From Gemmatimonadota bacterium (lineage in GTDB: Bacteria; Latescibacterota; UBA2968; UBA8231), in the NCBI GenBank assembly GCA_038153405.1, contig JAYOYH010000010.1, forward strand, positions 95,782-115,026: a stretch of 19,245 nucleotides of DNA. The letters run 5' to 3'. The notes beneath the pieces are model-generated. The model was not told the DNA's origin and did no database searches. It saw nothing but the letters and a program-made list of their open reading frames with translations. Below, piece after piece: positions 6,546 through 16,300 of the stretch. The position numbers and the translations under genes were made by a program. Numbering within the stretch: position 1 is the stretch's first letter; each line of letters begins with the position of its first letter.

Positions 6546-7853
6546 ATGAACGTGCTGGTAGTCGGCAAGGGCGGCCGCGAACACGCGCTGGTGTGGAAAC
6601 TGGCGCAGAGCCCGCGCATTGAGAACCTATACGCCGCACCGGGCAACCCCGGTATGGCCTCGCTGGCGACGCTGGTTCCCATCCGCGTCGACACGCCCGT
6701 GTCCAACGCCGAAAAACTCTCGGCTGAAATTGCAAAGTTGGCCGATTGGGCTCTCGCCGAAGGCATCGATTTGACGGTCGTAGGTCCCGACGACGCGCTG
6801 GCCGGCGGCATTGTCGATCACTTTCAGGAGCGCGGTCTAAAAATTTTTGGTCCCACTCAGGCGGCGGCGCGCATCGAGAGCAGCAAGGCCTTTGCCAAAG
6901 ACCTGATGCAGCGCATCGGCGTGCCTACGGCGGCGCACCGCTCTTTTACGCAGGCCGACGCGGCGAGCGCCTATATCCGCGAGCGCGGGGCTCCCATCGT
7001 AGTCAAAGCCAGCGGCCTAGCGGCGGGTAAGGGCGCCGTGGTCTGCATGGATGAGCAGACCGCCGTTGAAACAGCGCAAGAAATGCTAGCGGGCAGCGCG
7101 TTTGGCAGCGCCGGCAGCGAAGTAGTCGTCGAGGATTTTATGCGTGGGGAAGAAGTATCGCTCTTCGCCCTGTGCGACGGAACCGATTTTCTAACGCTGG
7201 CTCCCGCCCAGGATCACAAGGCTATCTTCGATGGCGACAGAGGCCCCAACACCGGCGGCATGGGTGCTTACGCACCAGCCCCTGCCCTCACCCCAGCACT
7301 CCAGCAAGCAGCAGAAGAGCGCATTATCGCCCCTGTCCTCAAGGAAATGGAGCGCATGGGCTGCCCCTTTCGCGGCGTGCTCTACTGCGGTCTCATGCTA
7401 ACGGAAGATGGCCCACAGGTCGTCGAGTTCAACGCGCGCTTCGGCGATCCCGAATGCCAGATCCTTCTACCGCTGATAGAAAACGATTTACTCGACGTGC
7501 TGGAGGCGGCCTGCGACGGCCGGCTCGGTCAAATTGAAATTAAAAATGCCCCGCGCGCCTGCGTATGCGTCGTCATGGCTGCCGCAGGATATCCCGATTC
7601 CTATCCCAAGGGCATGCCCATCTCGGGCCTCGAACAGTGGGGATCTGACGGAGAAACCGTCGTATTCCACGCCGGCACCGAACTGCTCGACGGTCAGTTG
7701 GTCACTAGCGGGGGGCGCGTGCTCGGGGTGATGGCCCTAGGCGACGCGATCGGAGATGCCGTTGCAAACGCCTATGCAGCAGTCGAAGCGATCCACTTTG
7801 AGCAGTCCTACTACCGAAGAGACATCGCCCATAAAGCGCTTTCCCGCCCATAG
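6546..7853 (+). CDS. purD: Phosphoribosylamine--glycine ligase
   Basis: GGREHAL, APGNPG, KASGLAAGKG, QDHK...GPNTGGMGAYAP, EFNARFGDPE, GGRVL, YRRDIA. GAGGAG RBS upstream. Confidence 0.98.
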   Translation: MNVLVVGKGGREHALVWKLAQSPRIENLYAAPGNPGMASLATLVPIRVDTPVSNAEKLSAEIAKLADWALAEGIDLTVVGPDDALAGGIVDHFQERGLKIFGPTQAAARIESSKAFAKDLMQRIGVPTAAHRSFTQADAASAYIRERGAPIVVKASGLAAGKGAVVCMDEQTAVETAQEMLAGSAFGSAGSEVVVEDFMRGEEVSLFALCDGTDFLTLAPAQDHKAIFDGDRGPNTGGMGAYAPAPALTPALQQAAEERIIAPVLKEMERMGCPFRGVLYCGLMLTEDGPQVVEFNARFGDPECQILLPLIENDLLDVLEAACDGRLGQIEIKNAPRACVCVVMAAAGYPDSYPKGMPISGLEQWGSDGETVVFHAGTELLDGQLVTSGGRVLGVMALGDAIGDAVANAYAAVEAIHFEQSYYRRDIAHKALSRP

Positions 7854-7880
7854 CCTGCACGGACTCGCCTACAACGACAA

Positions 7881-7919
7881 CGCGCCGCCGGCACATGAGT
7901 CCGGTGGCGCGCATTTTTT
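7881..7919 (+). terminator. Intrinsic terminator after purD
   Basis: 11-bp stem CGCGCCGCCGG / CCGGTGGCGCG with one G-U pair, 9-nt loop, followed by CATTTTTT. Confidence 0.75.
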
Positions 7920-7936
7920 CGAGCAGGAGCGTTCGA

Positions 7937-8239
7937 TCAGGCCAGCGTATCGACTACCTGACCGCGTCCCTGCTGTTGTTCTATCTCTAAGCGCTGGCTC
8001 TGATTTTCGCTGCGCTGGCGGCTTTGCTGAGAAGCCTGCTGCTGACGCGCCTGCTCGGCGCGCTGAGTCTGCTGCGCTTCTTCTGTGCGCTCTGTGCGCT
8101 GACGCTCTTCCTGGCGGCGGCTTTCGGCCTCTTCAGCGCGGCGCTCCTGCATCGCGCGGCGATTGCTCTGCGCCTCTTGTGCGCCGCCAGAACCGCCGGA
8201 CTGCATAGCCCCGCTGCGCGTCGACGAGACTTCGGACAT
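7937..8239 (-). CDS. Small low-complexity Q/R/E-rich protein (100 aa) with C-terminal GQVVDTLA motif
   Basis: Perfect AAGGAGGT RBS 5 nt before ATG 8239, own predicted promoter, and the ORF fills the purD-folB gap. Confidence 0.8.
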   Translation of the reverse strand: MSEVSSTRSGAMQSGGSGGAQEAQSNRRAMQERRAEEAESRRQEERQRTERTEEAQQTQRAEQARQQQASQQSRQRSENQSQRLEIEQQQGRGQVVDTLA

Positions 8240-8278
8240 TCGCTACCTCCTTGGGGTGTATCATCCTTGATACCTAGC

Positions 8279-8307
8279 AATATACTCAACGCTGAGACCG
8301 AAATCAA
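8279..8307 (-). promoter_or_regulatory. Candidate sigma70-type promoter of the small Q/R/E-rich gene
   Basis: Minus strand TTGATT (8307-8302), 17-nt spacer, TATATT (8284-8279). Confidence 0.5.
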
Positions 8308-8337
8308 GCGCGTCAAAAGCAGACCGATGTCGAGCGA

Positions 8338-8365
8338 TTGACAGGCCTAAGACCCTTTCTATATT
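8338..8365 (+). promoter_or_regulatory. Sigma70-type promoter for folB-folK-panC
   Basis: TTGACA (8338-8343), 16-nt spacer, TATATT (8360-8365). Confidence 0.6.
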
Positions 8366-8390
8366 CATGCCCACCAACCGAGGATATGCC

Positions 8391-8756
8391 ATGCCATCTG
8401 ATGCCATTCGCCTGCGCAATATGCGCTTTTATGCCTACCACGGACTGTATCCGGAAGAAGCCCGCCTCGGCCAGCGCTTTGAGGTGGATTTGGAATTAGT
8501 CAGCGATCTGCACCCAGCCGGCCGCAACGACGACATCGAACAGTCGATCAATTACGCAGAAGTGTACGAGCACGTAGCAGCCGTCGTCACGCAGCAGCGG
8601 TTCAAACTGGTGGAAGCCGTTGCCGAACACATCGCCGAGCGCGTTGGAACAGCATACGCTCCCCTGACGCTCACCGTGCGCGTGCGCAAACCTCACCCGC
8701 CCGTGCCCGGCGATTTTGACGGAATCGAAATCGAGATAACCCGCCGCTATGAGTGA
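8391..8756 (+). CDS. folB: Dihydroneopterin aldolase
   Basis: FYAYHGLYPEE...GQRFEVDLEL, SINYAEV, FKLVEAVAE, VRKPHPP. GAGGA RBS precedes ATG 8391. Confidence 0.96.
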   Translation: MPSDAIRLRNMRFYAYHGLYPEEARLGQRFEVDLELVSDLHPAGRNDDIEQSINYAEVYEHVAAVVTQQRFKLVEAVAEHIAERVGTAYAPLTLTVRVRKPHPPVPGDFDGIEIEITRRYE

Positions 8757-9270
8757 GCGCGTTTTCATCGCTCTCGGCTCCAACATCGGCCAGCGCCTCG
8801 ACTACCTGCAAATGGGATTGAACGAGCTGCACGCCCTTAGGGGAATGGACGTGTTATCCGCTTCCAGCGTCTATGAAACGGCGCCGCTGGGCTATACCGA
8901 ACAACCGGCCTTCCTCAACGCCGTGTGCTGCGCGCGCACCGAGGGCACGCCAGCCGACCTACTAGCGGCCATGCAAGCTATTGAGCATCGCCACGGACGC
9001 CAGCGCACCATCCACTGGGGGCCGCGCACGCTCGACCTGGATCTGCTCCTATTCGGCGATACCTGTGTTAACAGCCCCACACTCACGCTGCCGCATCCCC
9101 ATATCACAGTGCGCGATTTCGTACTCGTTCCCCTGCTGCAAATTGCACCAGACGCACGCGATCCGAGCACCGCGCTGCCCTACGCGCACTACCTCGAACG
9201 GCTCGGCGCTGCAGAATTACCTGCCGTCGCCGAACTCACCCTACCGGTAGCCGATGCCCGCGCTCATTGA
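8749..9270 (+). CDS. folK: 6-hydroxymethyl-7,8-dihydropterin pyrophosphokinase (HPPK)
   Basis: IALGSNIG, SSVYETAP, FLNAV, WGPRTLDLDLL, LPHP, RDFVLVPL. Overlaps the folB stop. Confidence 0.97.
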   Translation: MSERVFIALGSNIGQRLDYLQMGLNELHALRGMDVLSASSVYETAPLGYTEQPAFLNAVCCARTEGTPADLLAAMQAIEHRHGRQRTIHWGPRTLDLDLLLFGDTCVNSPTLTLPHPHITVRDFVLVPLLQIAPDARDPSTALPYAHYLERLGAAELPAVAELTLPVADARAH

Positions 9271-10129
9271 AACAACGCGAGCCATGCAGCGGCAGGCCGA
9301 CGCCTGGCGACAGTGCGGAGAGCGCATCGTCCTCGTGCCGACAATGGGCTATTTACACCGCGGCCACCTCAGCCTCGTCGAACGCGCACAATCGCTTGGA
9401 CAGCGCTGCGTTGTGAGCGTGTTTGTCAACCCGCTGCAGTTTGGCCCCAAGGAGGACTTTGCCATTTATCCGCGCGATCTCGAGCGCGATTTGGAGTTGT
9501 TGAACAACGGTGGAGTAGATGCCGTCTTCCATCCATCCGTAGACGATTTCTACTCCCCATCCTTTTCCACGTATGTCGAAGTAGAAGGGCTTACGGACGG
9601 CCTGTGCGGCGCGTTCCGCCCGGGTCATTTCCGCGGCGTCACCACGGTTGTCGCCAAGCTGTTTACCACTGTTAAACCGCACGTGGCCGTCTTTGGCCAA
9701 AAGGACTATCAGCAGGTCGCCGTTATCCGACGCATGGTTTCCGACCTCAGTATCGACGTCGATATCGACACGGCGCCCACCGTGCGCGAAGTGGACGGAC
9801 TGGCGATGAGTTCGCGCAATATCCGCCTGAGTGATGAAGAGCGCCGACGGGCCCCCATCCTCTACCAATCGCTGTGCCGAGCGCGCGACCTGCTCGCCAA
9901 CGGTCAGCGCGACACCCACCCCCTCATAGCCGAGATGCGCGCGGCCATTGAGCACCAACTCACGCGCGATATCGACTATATATCCATCGTCGATCCCGAT
10001 TCGCTGGCAGATCTCCAGCGCGTAGAGCAGTCCGCCGTAATCGCCCTGGCCGTGCGCCTGTCCACAGTGCGCCTCATCGACAACGTCCTCTTCACCGCCG
10101 GGCAAAAAAAAGACGAGGACGCCTCGTAG
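9254..10129 (+). CDS. panC: Pantoate--beta-alanine ligase
   Basis: VPTMGYLHRGH, SVFVNPLQF, RPGHFRGV, FGQKDYQQ, REVDGLAMSSRN, RLIDN. Confidence 0.98.
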   Translation: MPALIETTRAMQRQADAWRQCGERIVLVPTMGYLHRGHLSLVERAQSLGQRCVVSVFVNPLQFGPKEDFAIYPRDLERDLELLNNGGVDAVFHPSVDDFYSPSFSTYVEVEGLTDGLCGAFRPGHFRGVTTVVAKLFTTVKPHVAVFGQKDYQQVAVIRRMVSDLSIDVDIDTAPTVREVDGLAMSSRNIRLSDEERRRAPILYQSLCRARDLLANGQRDTHPLIAEMRAAIEHQLTRDIDYISIVDPDSLADLQRVEQSAVIALAVRLSTVRLIDNVLFTAGQKKDEDAS

Positions 10130-10139
10130 GCCCCTCGTC
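10104..10139 (-). terminator. Intrinsic terminator of the minus-strand envelope operon
   Basis: On the minus strand GACGAGG...CCTCGTC forms a stem with an inner GCCT/AGGC pairing, followed by eight T (A8 at 10104-10111 on plus). Confidence 0.8.
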
Positions 10140-10162
10140 ACACTGCGCGCACCTGTTTTCTG

Positions 10163-11788
10163 CTACTTGACCAACGTCAGTCCACGCACGAACACCGCTT
10201 CACCGATATGGGCTATGGCGTAGTACTGCCCGCTGCCCACGGCGCGCCCCATATCGTCGCGTCCATCCCAGTGCTGCCGGTGCGATCCGGCATCCATCGG
10301 ACCGCGTACTAGCCGGCGAACGCGCTGCCCCAGGCTATTGTATATCGATATCTCTACCATCGCGTGGCGCGCCACTTCGACGGGTAGCAGCACCTGCCCA
10401 TTAAACGGATTGGGATATGCTGCCCCCAGCGCAAAATGCACATCGGCTTGCCCCACTTCGCCGACTGCCGTGGGAATGGGCTCTGGCTCGTACGGACGCA
10501 CCGCCAGAGAGAATGATCCCCCCGCCAACGCCGTGCGGCCAACTACAAAGCCGATGCTATCGACACCGGCCCACTGAACGCTACCGGCATTGTTGTCGTC
10601 GAGTTCCACGGCGACCATTTCGCCGGTGCGCCCGCGCAAGCCGTATCCCCATACCGCATAGCGGCCTTCCGCCGCACCGCGAAACTCGACTTCCACGTTG
10701 CCCGGTGTGTGCAGTGAAAAGTTGATCGTGCCCCACTGCTGCCCGACCCCGCCTTCAGCCGGCCCAAACGGCATTTGGTCAATGGCGAAAGAGCGCACGC
10801 GCCGACCGCGCAAAGCGCGGTAGCCATAGTAGGTATCGCCGGAGGCGTAATTGCCCGCAATCCACAGGCGCCACGCACCGACAAAGTTTTCCACCGCACC
10901 GACGTCCTTAAAGGCCTCGTCTATTCCAAAGGTGCCGTTGCGCCCTTCGGCGACGAGGGCGCGGATCAGTTCAGGTCCGTAGCGCTCACGCAGAAACGAA
11001 GCAAATAAGTAGGTGGCCCCATAGTGGGGAATGGCCGCCCCGACCACCGAGGGCCAAGTCGTCAAATTGAGATCGGGCGCGTCGAGAAACTGCGGCACCA
11101 TATTGGGATCGGTTTCGGCAAATCCTACCAGCTCTTCCGCATAGCCCGATAGCCCCTCGTCGACCCAGGCTTCTTCGTCGTCATCGTGTCCCCAGTGAAT
11201 AAGGTGTTGGAACTCGTGCGCCAGCGTGCCGCGCGCCAGCGTCGGATTTGAATTGAGGTGAAACGCGTCGAGAAAGAGTGCATCGCGCCGCAGCTGCGGG
11301 TCGATATGGGTGGCGATGCGCGGGTCGAAAAAGCCGACAATGCGGTTGTCGGGCATATCGACCACAAAAATAAAGATGCGCTTATCGCCGTCGACGTCGG
11401 GCGCTTCGCCAAAGGCCTCTGTCGCCAATTCATAAATGCCGCGCGCCGGATCGGCCGGCGTCGCTTCGTCAAACAGGGCGCCTAGGCGATCGATGGACGG
11501 CTGCACCACGACCACATCCCAGACGCGATCCTCGACGAAGATATAGGCGTTGTCGCCAACGTAGCGGCAGGTCGTCGAGCGCAGGAACGCGTCGCCGAAC
11601 AGCGCCGTAGCCAGCGTAGTGCCCACGGCAATTTCCTCGCTCTGCAGTGCTTTGGCCGCCTTGCCCGCCGTCGGCAGCGGCCGATTGCCCGCCTGCTCGG
11701 CCAGCCAACGAGTGCCGCACTGGTGCGGCAGGGCAGCCGAAGCCAGCGGCGCACCAAGGATCGCCCCTATAAGCAGTAGCGCATACAT
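10163..11788 (-). CDS. Secreted zinc metallopeptidase (HEXXH...E, M30/MA-clan-like) with C-terminal FlgD-Ig/T9SS-like sorting domain
   Basis: Signal peptide from ATG 11788, 4 nt after the upstream stop. TLAHEFQH (HEFQH at 11204-11218), then WVDEGLS. Tail YPNPFN...IYNSLGQRVRRL...WDGRDDMGRAVGSGQYY. Confidence 0.85.
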   Translation of the reverse strand: MYALLLIGAILGAPLASAALPHQCGTRWLAEQAGNRPLPTAGKAAKALQSEEIAVGTTLATALFGDAFLRSTTCRYVGDNAYIFVEDRVWDVVVVQPSIDRLGALFDEATPADPARGIYELATEAFGEAPDVDGDKRIFIFVVDMPDNRIVGFFDPRIATHIDPQLRRDALFLDAFHLNSNPTLARGTLAHEFQHLIHWGHDDDEEAWVDEGLSGYAEELVGFAETDPNMVPQFLDAPDLNLTTWPSVVGAAIPHYGATYLFASFLRERYGPELIRALVAEGRNGTFGIDEAFKDVGAVENFVGAWRLWIAGNYASGDTYYGYRALRGRRVRSFAIDQMPFGPAEGGVGQQWGTINFSLHTPGNVEVEFRGAAEGRYAVWGYGLRGRTGEMVAVELDDNNAGSVQWAGVDSIGFVVGRTALAGGSFSLAVRPYEPEPIPTAVGEVGQADVHFALGAAYPNPFNGQVLLPVEVARHAMVEISIYNSLGQRVRRLVRGPMDAGSHRQHWDGRDDMGRAVGSGQYYAIAHIGEAVFVRGLTLVK

Positions 11789-11792
11789 GAGA

Positions 11793-12410
11793 TTAGAAAC
11801 GGCGCACCAGCGACCAGCGCATACCACCGGGCTGAGGAATAAGCTGCGCGTGTACGGCAGCCGTATGGCCGGGCTCTTTGCCCACGCTGCGCCCAGCGTG
11901 AATAGCAGCAATCAGATGATTGGCGACGATCAGGCCGGTTGCATAGAGCGCCTGGCGCTTGGCCAACTGGCTCTCGTTGCGCATGCCGCGGTAGCGCTCG
12001 CGCGCCGCATCGCCATCCCACTCCCAGTCGAAGTCGGGACCGACCGCGTAGAGCTGCGCGTTGGGCCCATCTTCGCGCCGGGCAAATTGATTGTGCTGGA
12101 CGCGGCTCTGGTAAAAACCCAAATCGTCGAGAAAGCGCCGCCCCTTGCCGCGCGAATCGGCGCCGCCCCGTTCGGCCGCATAGGCGTGAAAGCGGTCGGC
12201 GCGCACCTCGGCAAGGCGGTTCAAGGCCGCATAGCTGAGCCACAGCGCGCCTTCGGCCGCCAGAAAACGCCCTCCTCCACCGCTGGCGTAGTGCTGTCCC
12301 CAGCCCGGCAAGAGTAACGAGCGCCAAAACGCACCGGCCCCCGTCTGCGCCGACGCCGAGGTGACTAGCGCCAATACGGCAGAAAAGGCGATGAATATCT
12401 TGGACGACAT
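11793..12410 (-). CDS. Hypothetical exported membrane protein with SLLxPGxGQ motif (205 aa)
   Basis: Signal peptide MSSKIFIAFSAVLALVTSASA, then SLLLPGWGQHY, two hydrophobic helices and C-terminal RWSLVRRF. Starts 7 nt after the upstream stop. Confidence 0.8.
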   Translation of the reverse strand: MSSKIFIAFSAVLALVTSASAQTGAGAFWRSLLLPGWGQHYASGGGGRFLAAEGALWLSYAALNRLAEVRADRFHAYAAERGGADSRGKGRRFLDDLGFYQSRVQHNQFARREDGPNAQLYAVGPDFDWEWDGDAARERYRGMRNESQLAKRQALYATGLIVANHLIAAIHAGRSVGKEPGHTAAVHAQLIPQPGGMRWSLVRRF

Positions 12411-12417
12411 CGCCGGC

Positions 12418-13305
12418 CTAGGGAAAGGGCTTGTAGGCCATGAGCATGGGCACGCGCGCGCGCTGGCCTCCATGCATGACAACCGCAAAACGCGTGCGTC
12501 GCTCGATGGCCTCGGCCGTGGCCCCCTCGGCGCGCGACCGCGCCACGCGCGCCGCGTCAATGGCGCTGATGACGTGGTTGACCAATAGCAGGCCCGTCAC
12601 CGAACTAGCGCGCTTTAAAAATCGGTTGCTGTCGTCGCGCTGCACTTCGTAGGCCAGTCGCGTCTCCGACAGGAAATTTTCCACCGAGTCCACCTGCGTA
12701 GCCTCTGCGGAACCGCCGGTTTCAGCGTGTACCAAATCGGTCCATCCCGAAACGAATTGGTCGTATTTGCCGATGAGCTCGTAGTACTGCTGCACCTCGG
12801 CATCGGGACAGCGACCAAAGTCGCCGGTATCCAGATAGTCGTCGATATAGGTCGAGCACGGCAGGGCGTGCGTGATGGACGAATTGCGCGAAATGGTCGC
12901 GTCGCGCCAAGCGAGATAGCCCTGCGGGTCCCACTTATCGTCGGCGACCTGGCGAAACTCTTTTTCCGCATCGTTGCCCTGACCGCTCCAATTGACGTAC
13001 AGCCCCAAGCCCACCGCTTCGAGCCCCATAAACAGCGCGCCGCGCATCGTCGCGCCGTTCATTATTTGCCCCAGGCCCGGCACTAGCAGTGAATAGAGAA
13101 AGGCGCGGCGCGGCGTCGTGCCTCCCTTGTCTTCCTGCGGCAAACGGCGCTTGGGGGCGGGTCCATTTTCCTGCGCAACGGCGAGTGGCCCCATTAGGAA
13201 GTGCTGCCCCTCCTCGCTAAACAAACTGGGCAGCTGCTCGGCACCAAGCGGTGCACTGTTTAGTAACGCGCCCAGCGCAAGCACTGCAATCACTCGTATA
13301 CTCAT
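12418..13305 (-). CDS. Hypothetical exported membrane protein with SLLxPGxGQ motif (295 aa)
   Basis: GGGGAGAG RBS before ATG 13305, signal peptide, SLLVPGLGQ, QQYYELIGKYDQFVSGW, NHVISAIDA. Confidence 0.82.
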   Translation of the reverse strand: MSIRVIAVLALGALLNSAPLGAEQLPSLFSEEGQHFLMGPLAVAQENGPAPKRRLPQEDKGGTTPRRAFLYSLLVPGLGQIMNGATMRGALFMGLEAVGLGLYVNWSGQGNDAEKEFRQVADDKWDPQGYLAWRDATISRNSSITHALPCSTYIDDYLDTGDFGRCPDAEVQQYYELIGKYDQFVSGWTDLVHAETGGSAEATQVDSVENFLSETRLAYEVQRDDSNRFLKRASSVTGLLLVNHVISAIDAARVARSRAEGATAEAIERRTRFAVVMHGGQRARVPMLMAYKPFP

Positions 13306-13347
13306 TTGCTCTCTCCCCTGCAAAAACCACGCTCCCCTAGCGGGCGT

Positions 13348-16300
13348 TTATAAATATCCAAACAGCACCGTTAAATAGAACTTCCACGGACTGCGCTCGG
13401 CCACTTCGTCGATGCCATAGGCCAGATCGACCTGCACGCGCGTAGGCACACTATAATAGGAGTTCAGATCAAAGCGCAATTGCCCGCCGACGTCGCGCAG
13501 CGGCGCCTTCCGCCCGTAAAACGAATCGGGCTCGTCCAATGCGCGATCCCATGCTTTGCCAATATCGCCGTAGACCGCGCCGTAGACCTTGTCTACGTAG
13601 ACGTGTAAGAAGCGCGCGCCCCAGTGCGCTATCAGTGGGAAGCGCAACGTGGCGGTGCCCATGGCGGCCTTGCGCCCCTCAATGCTGTAAAAAGTATAGC
13701 CCTTCATAAAGCTCAGCCCGCCCAAATGGTAGTCAAAGAAATCATTGACCGCCTCTTTATCGTCAACCGCATCGCTGGCAATCCAGCCGCCGAAAAAGCG
13801 CAGGCCGAGGCGCCCGTTCCACGGCAGCGCTATATATTCGTTCCATTCGAGCGTAAACTGGTTGTAGAACAGCTTAATAAACTCCTCGTCAATAAACGAT
13901 GCCTGTTCGTTAAACGAGTCGAGAAAGTAGTTGTACATTCTATCGTAGCGCGCGTAAATCTTGCGTCCCACCGGGCTGATCTCGCGGTCGCGGCGGCGCG
14001 CCAGCAGGTCGAGGCGGTAGGTTAGCCCGAGGCCAAAGCCGTTCAGATAGGTATAGCCAAACGGCTTCTGGTTCTCCAACAACAGGCCAATATTGCCATC
14101 GCGACGCGGCACGAAGGCGCGCCATTGGACGCTGGCATCATAGCGGTCATAGGTGGCCGAGGCCGTCAGCTCGCCGTGGCGCCCCAGGCGACCGCGCGCA
14201 CCGATGCTAATCTGATTGAGGCTGAAGTTGACGCCGTCAATAATCGCGTCGCGCGCATCGGTGCTATCGCCGCGCGCCGAGTGGCGCTTCTGGTGAAACG
14301 CTTCCAGAAACAAGGTCGGACGCAGACCGCTATATTCGTATAGGGCAAAGAGATCGCGATCGCCATTGGCCGGGGCTAGCGCCGCCCCAACAAAGACGTT
14401 CTGGCGATAGAGCACATCGCTTGACGACGCGTAGAGACCCGGCTTAAAGCGCCCCTCGTCGATGCTCAGCCGAGGCAAGATAGAGGTCTTGAGGAAATCC
14501 GTTCCGTAGGGTTGCCCGCTTCGTGCAGACACCGTCGAAGGACGGCGCAGATGCACATCGTTGGCCCCGCTAACGCGGCGCTCCAGAGAAACGCTTGTGC
14601 CCTCACTATCAATCCTGCGAATTTCAAACCCATCGGCCGCGTAGGCGGAAAAATACACCTGCCCCTTGGCGTTAACCGTCGGGTTGAACGCCCCACCCCT
14701 GACGTTGGTAATCTGCTGGACGGTTCCCGTTGCCAGCTCAATCGAATAGATATTAAAAATCCCGCTGATATCGGACGAGAAGTATAGGCGCGTGCCGTCA
14801 GGGCTCCAGGCCGGATCGCGGTCTGTGCCCGACGTAGACACGAGCAGTTCCCAGCGATCTTCGGCGCGGAGCTGCCCGTTTTCTTCGCGCACGCGCAGCA
14901 GGGCAATATCGCGCTGGCCATCGCGCGCGATAGACAGCGCAATATGCGCACCATCGGGGGCAAAGCGCGGGCTGTAGAGCTGGGTGCCGTCGGCAATCTC
15001 CGTCAGGTAGTGCACATCGCTGCCGTCGGCGCGCATCGTCCCTAAGTTGTTGTTAGTACCCTCGTTGTGCACAAAGGCAATCCACTGGCCGTCGGGCGAG
15101 TGGGCCGGATACAATCCACGCAAACCGCGACTCAGGCGCCCCTCGCGCGCCGGTTCGGCGCCATAGCCGCGCACCAACGTCGGCACTAGCCACGCCGCGC
15201 CGTGGACCAAACCCGGCTCCTCAATGGAGAAGTCGTATGCGTAGATGTCGGACTGGCGCGAGCCGTAGCGGTCGGCACGGTCTATGCGCGCAAAGACCAG
15301 CTTGTCCTCCGTCGGCGAAAAGCTCAGCGCCGAGGCGGCCACCGCCGGCGCAATGACTTCGTCTTCGCCGCTTTCCAGATCGCGCACGACCAGCAAGTGC
15401 GGACCGTAGTGGCGCTTTTTTGTCGATAGATAGGCCAGGCGCTGACCGTCGGATGAGAGGCGCGGACGCATATTGGAAAAGCCCTCGTCGACGACGACCT
15501 CCCCCTCGCGCAGCGGCCCCAAGCTGGCCACCTGCGCCTCGTAGCGCACGCGCATATCGGCAATCCAATCGGCGTGCAGCTGATCGACGGTCCGACCGAG
15601 CTTTTCGGCAAAGAGGCCGTCTACATTGAGATTGTGCCAGCGCGCAGCACCCCGATACAACTCAGCCAGCATTTCGTCGCCGTATTCGCGCGCGATATAG
15701 CGCGTCAGACCAAAGCCGTGATCGTAGACGTACTCGTTGCCAAAGCCGCATTTGCCAAAGACGCCCATCTCGTCAAACGAGAGTGGGGCCCCCTCCAGCA
15801 CCTGCATGCGCAGCACCATATCGCGGTGCGCATCCCAGCGATCGCGCCGTGCCCCTTCGGCCATATACTGAGCGGCGCCTTCGGCAAACCACATGGGCAC
15901 CACCGTGCTCATTACCGGATAAGAGGCAATCGCTTCGGGATAGCCGACCAGAATATCGGGGCGGTTTTTCTCGCGCTGGTAGCCAAAGTACTGCAGGTAG
16001 AGGGCCGGCACGCGCTGCACCGTCTTGCGCGAAACGCCCAGCGAAATAATGTGGGTAAACTCGTGGGTGATTACGTTGCGCAGCCAGTCGCTGGTTCCGC
16101 GCAGCTCGTAGTCGTGGTCGAGCGAAGTCGTCCAGATCTCTATGGTATCGTGATAAAAAAAAGCGGCGCCGTTGGCGTAGTCATCAAAGTCTTTCAGGAC
16201 GATGCGCACCTTTTCGCTCGGCTCATAATCGTAGAGCCGCGTGATCGGCCCGTACGCTTCTTCGGCGATCTGCCCCGCACGGCTGGCAGCCACTTCCAAG

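Noticed and set aside
7756..8341. Alternative ORFs overlapping the small Q/R/E gene
   Set aside because: They lack an RBS and cross the terminator or promoter elements. Only 7937-8239 has clear expression signals.
9353..10141. 262-aa minus-strand ORF
   Set aside because: Antisense shadow of panC.
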